A stretch of DNA of 64,000 bases from Podarcis cretensis (lineage: Eukaryota): positions 35,464,001-35,528,000 of the forward strand of contig OX638150.1 in NCBI GenBank assembly GCA_951804945.1, read 5' to 3'. Under the pieces are notes generated by a model that saw only the letters and a program-made list of their open reading frames with translations, searched no databases and was not told the DNA's origin. Every line of letters begins with the position of its first letter. The stretch's first letter is position 1. The position numbers were made by a program, and so were the translations under genes. Shown here in pieces: positions 40,101 through 49,100 of this stretch.

Positions 40101-43100
40101 AAAAGAGGGAAATTCCAATCACCATGCATCATGGATACCCAGGTTACTAGGTGACTGGGATGGGCACCCTTCATTCAAGCTGTCCTTGGATGTATTTCTT
40201 CCCAAAGTCAAGCTGTACAGCAGGTGTCACTGGATGATCTGTTTTGCATTGCTGTTTATTTCTGGTGTCAATCTGTGGGAAAGAACCTGATGCTGAAAGC
40301 TTTTAGGGCTCAAAAACAATAGAAAGTGATATGAAAAGCTGCCTTGTTTAGGCAACTGTTGACTAATGGCAGTATTGTACAGTGGGGAGCAGGGCCCTAT
40401 AGATCCTCCTGTCCAGAGCAGTGTCATCTCTGCATGTAGGCTCTTTGGGCTTCCCTGTCCCTTGAAGTTGTTGGTCCTTTTTGTATTATATAATTGGTGC
40501 CTCTGTCTGGCAGAGTCTGCCTTGGATGACCTGGACCTGAACGAATTCGGAGTGGCTGCCCTGGAGAAGACATTTGACAGCAGCTCGGTGCCCCACACGA
40601 GTGGCATCATGATAGGTACATGAAAGCAACAGAGCTTTCTTTGATCTTCTGCCAAGCAGGGTTCGCCCCATCAGCTGGCTGAAGCAGCCTAACAAGCTCT
40701 CAAAACCAGTCCTAACATTATATGTTGGTTTGCGGCCAATGGGAGACCTTGGAGCAAAAGCGCTCTCATTGACTAGCAGATTGGAAATTTATTCCACTGG
40801 TTTCAGATGTCCCAGTTATGTTTATGAAATTGACATGGCTTATTTGACACACTAAACATGTTTATGAAATTATGACAAGAACATTTCACGGAGGGGGGCG
40901 GGAAGTCATTTTAAAATAATGAGAAACAAATTGGATTGTTTTCACTGTTCTGCTGTCACAGGACCATGGCAAGACATTATCGCCACACATTGACAAACTA
41001 CCGCATATGTATCTCATCATTTGTACGTGGTCATTTCAAACCAGCGTCCATTTTGTGTGTGTGTCTGGTTGTTCAGGTGAAAATAGTCCTTACAACCTTG
41101 GTCCCCTATTGTAAGAATCCCATAATGCATTTACACAGATTGTTGTTTTTTTGTGAACTAAGCCACATGCAAATTGGTAGGTGCGTGACTCGCTATTTCC
41201 GCTCACGCTGTCTGAACTCTGTCTCTGAATGGCATAGCCATCAGCTTAAACCTGATCCTCCATGGTGCCAGATGTTGTATGTTGCAGACCATTGCAGAAT
41301 GCTCCGCAATGGCCTTCCATCAATACACAATTCTATTTCACCACATCCTGCCCTCAATATTGGTTCAGATTTGAGCAGTAGCACAAATCAGAATGATTTT
41401 CCACATACCCAAGTGATCAAGTCTGCTTTCACAAAAACCAAAGAGGTAGAATTCAGCATGAGACAATTCTGCACTGGTATGGTGCCTATGCTTATTCTGG
41501 CTAAAACAATTTGGAAGTGGGTGCTGTTTACGGTGCAGACATCACAGTTCAAGATAGGAGTCAAAATAGGGTCCAAATAATGCTTCTCATGCAACGTAGA
41601 CACAGTGTTGGTTCCCGTGAAGGAACTGCCCTTTTAATGATGGTTGCAAAGACTGTGCTCCTCAGATTATCAGTAAACTGATTGAGGACTCTAGTTTTGT
41701 GGGCAGCACCTTGTATCACAGTCCTCCTGAGTCGACTTAGAATAACACGTTGGTTACTTCTATTGTAACTCTGTCTAGGTTAGAAGGAGGATGGAGAGTT
41801 CTGTGAAATATAAGAGTCCCTCCCCAGGCCATCCTAGAAGTACTCTAATTTCTGAATCTAATTTCTGAACAGGTGCTGCTGTGCATTTTCAAGCTTTATA
41901 AACATGAGGGGTAAAAAACTGAGTTTTCAAAGAATGAAACCTGAGATTCTTATTATTCTGACAACATTAGCAAATCCCATGCTACTGAGTTTGATTCCTC
42001 TGAGCTCCTCTGTTGTTCAAATTGGGAGATGATTTTCCCCATTCTCTTTCCTGTAGATCTAGCAGAAATAATTATGGTGTTGAAATTTAATGATCTGATC
42101 TTCTCAGACATCTTTTTACCAAAGAGTATAGTTTTTTACAGGTGTATTAAAAATGAAGGTTGTAATTTGCCCCATTGAATTTGTGGCTTCTCCCTTGACT
42201 TTGAATATCGAGAAACGGACCCATTTGCTGTTGTTTAACTGATATTAAGAACATAACTTTCATCCCTAATATGGGGGGGGGGGATTGAACTTACAGAAAT
42301 ATTTTTGGCAGGATATGTAATGTGATGGGGAAATATATTTCTAACTAGTACAATAGCCCTTGGAAATGTAGTTGCTTAATCCATGTGATATGATGGACAC
42401 ATGTTTTTTGTTCCTGTGAAAAGAGTCTTAAAGATGCCCATTATCACCATCGCTGGCCACTTCTTTGTTTTAGAGAAATGAAGCCTCTTGCACTCATAAA
42501 CAGTGGAGATAGTGCAAAAGCAATTTAGTTTAAACGTGCATAATATGAATTAGTGTATTGTCATTGTGGAAAGACAGATGAAAAAAGCTGTCTAAATGTC
42601 TCTCTTGACAGTCCCTTAAACTCTTAAATGACCCCCTTGTATGCTGGAGTACAGCTGACACTGTCCATATGTCCTATTTTGCATAGTTAACACCCAAGAA
42701 AGTTGCTACTCTACCTTCCTTGGCCAGAGGAACAGTTCTCATAATGCTCTTTCTGAAGGTAAAGAGGGATGGAAAGTGGAGAAAAACCCCGGACTCCCCC
42801 GTCCTTTACTGGTGCAGAGAGTGAAGCAAACACCTGCTGTTCAAATTCCTGTGCTGTGCTTCCACTCATAACTCATGGCTTCTACATTCCCATCCTTTCT
42901 GTGTGTTCTTTGTCCAGGTGGGAGTTTGCTGCAAAGTTCTGCTCCTGTAAATATCCCTGGGTCCCTTGGAAGTTCTGCCTCCTTTCACTCTGCCTCTCCT
43001 TCTCCACCGGTCAGCTTATCATCGCATTTCCTCCATCAGCCCCAGGGACACTTAAGCCAATCAGAAAACACATTCCTGGGGACATCAGCTTCTCATGGAT

Positions 43101-46100
43101 CATTAGGTAAATGCCCAGTGCGTATGTGAGAGTGTGCATGTGAACATGTACATACCTGTCTATACCATGTAAGTATTTTCCTTTTATCTTAGCTTTCATT
43201 TAAATGTCCTCATTTTGTGTTGCCACCTAACATATCTTGTGCCCAATGCCTATCAGATGAGGAAGAATTCACTAAGCCTAAGGACATCCCAGAAAGAATT
43301 TCCCCAGACAAAATAACCAAACAACAGATGAGTTAAAATAGTTTGTGATATCCATACAACAAAGAGCAAATGTAGTAAAACACAGTAGGTAAAGTTAGGC
43401 AAATTCCAAATGTGTAAGGATGACCCAAGAGTTAAATTCACAGAAGGTAGACTTTCTTCAGCTAAGAGAAGAAGGCAGATAGTCTCAACTGTAGCTCAGT
43501 AGATGGATGAGCATCTATTAACCACAGCAGTAGCGTCTCATCAACAGAGTTGCTGCTGTTTACCAGGAGAGGAAAGGGTAGAGGTGAAGTGGTGAAGTCA
43601 GGGCTGGGTGAACACACCAGCAGGAGTACTGGTTTGGCCCAACCAATTTGTCTGCACAAACCTTACTACCACTTCTCCTGGCAAACAGCACTGACTCTGC
43701 TGCTCAGAGGCTGCTGTGGCTCCATCCCACTGGGCAAGACACTCCTGCGTTACAGAGTATCAACAATCAGAAAAAGGTTCAAATACGTGATACCATTTGC
43801 AATTAGCTTCTGATGCACTTGGAATAGTTGACTTTTTCAGGTTTAGACCTCTTAGTCATACCTGGTCAGTTATAGCTAACAGACATGAGCTCTGAAAATC
43901 AGATACTTGCAAGCCTATCAGAAGCTAAATGTTTTATCTCTTCCTAAACAGTTTCCAAAAGACTCCTGGGGTTGTATCCAAAACATTTTCACTTGTACAA
44001 TGGGACTTCTCCCCACCCGCTTTGCTCCCTAAATCTGTTCTAGGGGTTTCCTCAACCCTCCAGAGTAGATTTAGGGAGCAGAGAGACAGGGGACGTCTCA
44101 TTGCGTAAGCAGAAATTCTTGCACTGACGGAATGTGTTGGTTGGACGTCAGTCACCCTTGATATTCAAAGTATAGCAAGGGCTCAGTATTCCATGTGTAA
44201 CAGACCTAACTTGAATGATGCTCCTTTAAATCATGAAAGCTGTGCAGTGATGGGAGTACCTTTGAGTTTGCTCAGAGTTCCTTCCATTACCATTACACAA
44301 CCCTACAACCAGATCTCTCACTGCAAAGATTAGTCAGACTGGGTTCCAGGAATACTTTCCATTTGCAAGACAATCCACCCCATACTGTCTGTTTAAAGGA
44401 ACATTTGGCCTGCTTTAGAACCAGGGGTGGTGTGTTCCTTTCCACCATTTGAGGTGAAACGGGAAGTATCACTTTGCCCTGCTGCCGCTCTAACCACTAC
44501 CACCTACTAGCTCCTGCCGCAGCCATGCGCCTTGCCACATCTGCCTTTGGCAGAAAAGCTGTGCCACCATTGGCACTGAGCTGGGGCAAGATCATGCTCC
44601 TTTCAGTGTTGATTGCATAGAAGCAACAGGGAAGACGGGGTACTTGTGGGCATGCCACCTAGGGGGGCTTCTGCCACCTGAAGCAGCAGCCTCACCTTGA
44701 CTGGTCCAGCTCTGTTTAGAACAGTTACATCAAATTTTGCCATGGTAGTAGGAAGGCAAGAGCAGAAGCATTCCTTTATTGTTACTTAGAATGTTCCTGG
44801 GCTGGATTCTGGCATCAAAATCAGGTTCAAAGCATTGGCTCCAGTTAAGAAGACATGATTATACAAATGAATCTTTACAACCTGGGGCGTAGCTATAGTA
44901 TCTATAAATGGAAGCACCTCAGAAAATTCAACACGGCATTTGCTGAATGTCCTATGGATGGTACAGCATAGAAGTGTGCCTGTCTCTTGTAAAAAGTTTT
45001 AAAGTCTAGGCAGGACACACAGGAGAGAATAAGGTAAATGACAAAGCAGTGTGCAGGAAGTATGTGGGAAGAATTAAGAACTAGGTACTTGTTTTTTATG
45101 TGTTTAATCATGTTTTGTCTATCATCTGTATAACCACCCGCTTGGTGCATTATATTGCAAGTGGTAAATGTGTACATGTTTTATTTTATTTACCCTGTCC
45201 TTCAACTACTATCAAGAGTAGCTTATAAAGAATTAAAATTAAACTAATTTTACAAGAAGCGTCTTGTGCATGTGTAGACTCAATTCAGATCATGGCCTAA
45301 TTGTAAGCCAAACCACGGGCATCTGCATTATTGACGCTCATTAGGCTGGCTATCAGTTGAAAATGTCTTCTCAATAAGCAGTTTTGCTATATATTTTTTA
45401 CTCCTGTATTAAAATGTATTCCTGCATAAAAATAGCATGCATATATAGAAAACAGTAACACAATAGCAAGCCAGGGTCTTTAAATAAAGCAAAACATATG
45501 ACATTTTAAGAAGCAGAGTTAGCTTTTATAAGTGATAGAGTATTTTTATTGTTTATATCATCTTCTGCAGTAGCATGTGCCCTTGACCTGGTTCCTCTGT
45601 TGTGACCTAATTTATAACACGGCTATGACTGGAATCAGGATGAGCTCACACTAGCCATGCTGCTTAATAAATCAGTATGGTGAGCAGTGCCTTAGTTCCA
45701 CAGGAAAAACTAAACTGTGGTGGGTAATTCAGTGTGAAGAAGAAAGCTTTAATAAAAACACCTAGAATAGTATTGCAGATATTTTTCTATTGCAGCTTAT
45801 TCTACCGGAGCATATTTTTGTAGGAAATACACTTTATTTTATCTATTTAACAAAATTTACATGCCATTTGATTGCAGTAAGCCCTCTAAGTGGTTTACAA
45901 GAATACATAATTTGTTATGACAGAATAAGAGCAGCAGTAGTGGTGTGTCGGGTGGGGTGGAGCTGCAAGGGCACACTTCTGGCACCAGTGTTGCTGCCTG
46001 CGAGGGGCTGGGATAGGTTGAGGCTGTGCAGGCACACCAGCAGGAGCACTCGACTGGCTCCGCTGCTGCTGCCTTCAGCCTTATCCAAAAGGAGCAGCTC

Positions 46101-49100
46101 CACAGCTCCACCCCATCACATGGAGCACTACTGGAGAGCATTCTGTTGCTCCACAGACTTTGTGGATCTATTTGCAACCTACCCTTTGTATGTGTGAGCT
46201 CTGGCAGAAAACAGCAGCAGAAGAAACTGTATCCAATTTATTCCCACCTGGTTTGAGATGGTGAGCCATTTTGCATTATTTAGAGCAGAAAAAGCAGGTG
46301 TAAGACTCAGCTGGGAACCTCAGCCAATCCCTGCCCCTGGTGTTATACAGGTGTTTTTGCAAGCACATGTTCGTTGCACAGTACATTTTTAAGCACTCTC
46401 ATAAAAATGTGAACTGTGCAGTGAGCTTTATTTCCCTTAGTATTAAACTCTGCCTTATTCTAAAAAAATAAAACAAAATCTGAGGGCCACTTGTTCTGAT
46501 GTGAAGTGCGCTGGTTCCTCAGATGAACTTCTGAGTAAGATCAGCAAAGGCACAGATTTGGACACTAAAATGGCTTAGTGCTGGTTTCTACTGAAGAACT
46601 TCACGTGGTTAATAGATCTTAAGTATTGCAATTGTAGATTCTTATACTAAAGTATTCAAATCACATATGGGTTTGGTTTGTTAAAACGGTTCTAATTCTG
46701 ATCAAAACAAAATGGTGTAATATTAGAGACAAATCTTTCAAAAGTAGAAGTGTGAATTGCAACAATGTTTGGAATAAGATCTAAGCAGATTGATTAATGA
46801 AGTCACAAGATTAATGGCTAAGGGCTTTTTAAAAACCATCCACACACAGGTTTTGCTGTTTAACCAGGCCTCTGCTTATACTGGCAGTTGCTAGCATATC
46901 TGTTTTAGTTGTGCTGTGGCCAATGTCTCATGTGGAGACCTTCCCTGTGTGGTGCATCTAAGCCTGTATCTCTCTGCACAGCAGCTATAGGTTAGATGCA
47001 GTACAAAGTGCTCAGGAGCACTCTTGGAACCAGCATGCCATGTGTCATATTTTTTAAATGTAGAGAATATTTACCGTGTTGCCATTTCTTCTCTGTAAGC
47101 CGGAGTGACAAACAGTAACTCTGCAGGTACATGAATGTCCGTCCCCAGAATCCCCAAATGAATCAATGCCCTGTGAAATATTGAACCATTTCATTCCCTT
47201 TCCAAAACAGTGCCGGGCAAGGAAAGGGGTAATCCAGGGATATATGTGACGTAACATTTCCCCCCTTCCTGTCTGCATGAAACAGGTTTAAACGGGATGA
47301 ACAGCAGCATATGGGAGCACTTTGCTTCTGGAAGTTTTTCACCCAGTACCTCGCCTGCATTTCTGTCGGGTCCAGGTGCTGCTGAGCTGGCCAGGCTGCG
47401 GCAGGAATTGGATGAAGCTAACAGCACAATAAAACAGTGGGAAGAATCTTGGAAACAAGCCAAACAGGTAGCGTCCGCTGGGAGGGGTGAGTGAGAGTGG
47501 TTTGCCAGGATACGAATGGGCAAAAGCATGCACCTAACAGCTGAATAAATAGTTTGAGGGTCCAAAAATAATATACAAAGTCAGATTTGGTGTGTGTTTA
47601 TACTGTAACATAGTTCATTCACAGCAGACACGGGGGTTTTGTTTGTTTTTCTTTTTTAGCTCTTATCAATGGAGAAACGGATTGATACCTTAGATATGTT
47701 GAGGAGTAGGTTGCAAATTGTAATAGGATTTGAAAATGTTCATGCCAAGGTTGCTAGTGTTCCTCTAGGAGTATTGGCTTTTTTCCAGTTGTATCTGAGC
47801 ACACCTTTCCAATTGTTCCAATCTTTTTGATTTATGTATCCCCTGAAAATTGATATGCTCCTCACCTTTTTGTAGTAATGCTCTAATTATTTTGAGGTTA
47901 GTAGCTGTGCACTGAAAGAATGGTAAGCCCCTCCTTCTGCATTCAAGATGCTTTGTAAATGTTCTCCCTCTGGGGATGTACGTTTCCACCCCGCTCTGGC
48001 CAGGTTGGCTAACAAGACTAGGGTGGGTGTGAATATATGCTTTTTGCCAAACTGTTCCCGTAACTAGATTGAGACAGATGGATTGCATTTAGTAAATTGT
48101 TCCTGGAGCTGGTGTTAGGCGCTGGAGTCAGGCATAGGTCAGCAATAAAACAATAAAGCACCCGATGCCAGTGAAGTTAATTCTTTATTCAAAGAAACAA
48201 AACAGCTCAGTGATCACAGCAACCCTTCCCAGTAGGTCTTGCCCTAATGAGGCAGTTGTGAGGACTGAAGGTCCCTGCCTTCCCTCTGCTCTCTAAGGCT
48301 CCTCCTCCAGTTCCTTCCCCAGCAGCCTAAGGCTCTGCCACCTTGTATCTCATTGCCCTGCCCTCTTCATTTCTCTGTGTGGTCTGGGAGACCAGCAGGG
48401 ATGGGAGCTGGTTGCAGTAGGAGAGGAAGACTCCCTGGCTTCTGCAGCCTGCCCCTACTCTGCCTCTTGACCCCATTCTGCTTCTGCCTCTGCTGCTGGA
48501 GTGTTCTCTGCCACAGCCTCTTCCTGCTCACTAAACCCTGTGGCCTCCTCCTCCTCCCAGTTTGCTCCCGCTTCTCCCTCTGACCATACATTGTTGTCCC
48601 ACCACCAATCCCCTGGCTGTGAGCTTTCTTGCCTTGGGGGTTCCTTTGGGGGTTTCCCAGCTGGTGCCACCCACCACTCTTCTGTATCCAGCCAGTCCAT
48701 AACAGCTGGGCAGGCAGGATCCTCCACTTTAAGGCACTTTGTTTTTTTCCTTTTCACATGTCAAAGCCATGTAGCTAAAATAACCTATAGAGGAGTTATG
48801 GTAAAATGTGGATACCTGGGCTAGAAAACCTTTGTGTCACTTCTGTGTGTGCGGATTGAAAGGATCTCATTAGCGCAGGGGTGTGTTTCCAAAAATCTGT
48901 CCATTCCACCTCTGGGCAATTATTGTGCCACAAGGAAAGAACAGCCCAGAGCTGGAGAAGGCTGCCTTTCAAGCTTTGGGGGAACAATTTACTAAAATAA
49001 TCTATATAAGTACCAACTACGACTACTTTTATTTTAACTGCTTTATTATGCATACAATAATAAAATACCAATTCCTCCCCCATCTCCACCAAAATAGACA

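Noticed and set aside
40730-40910. CCAAT boxes plus GC box in UNK intron 12 as internal promoter
   Set aside because: Few short motifs, no CpG island and no evident first-exon donor; expected by chance.
40936-41580. 214-aa intronic ORF
   Set aside because: Non-ATG start, no recognisable domain, no convincing splice signals; likely chance.
47064-47126. Longer 63-nt version of the microexon from the upstream TAG acceptor
   Set aside because: It contains an in-frame TAA and has a weaker pyrimidine tract; at most a poison variant.
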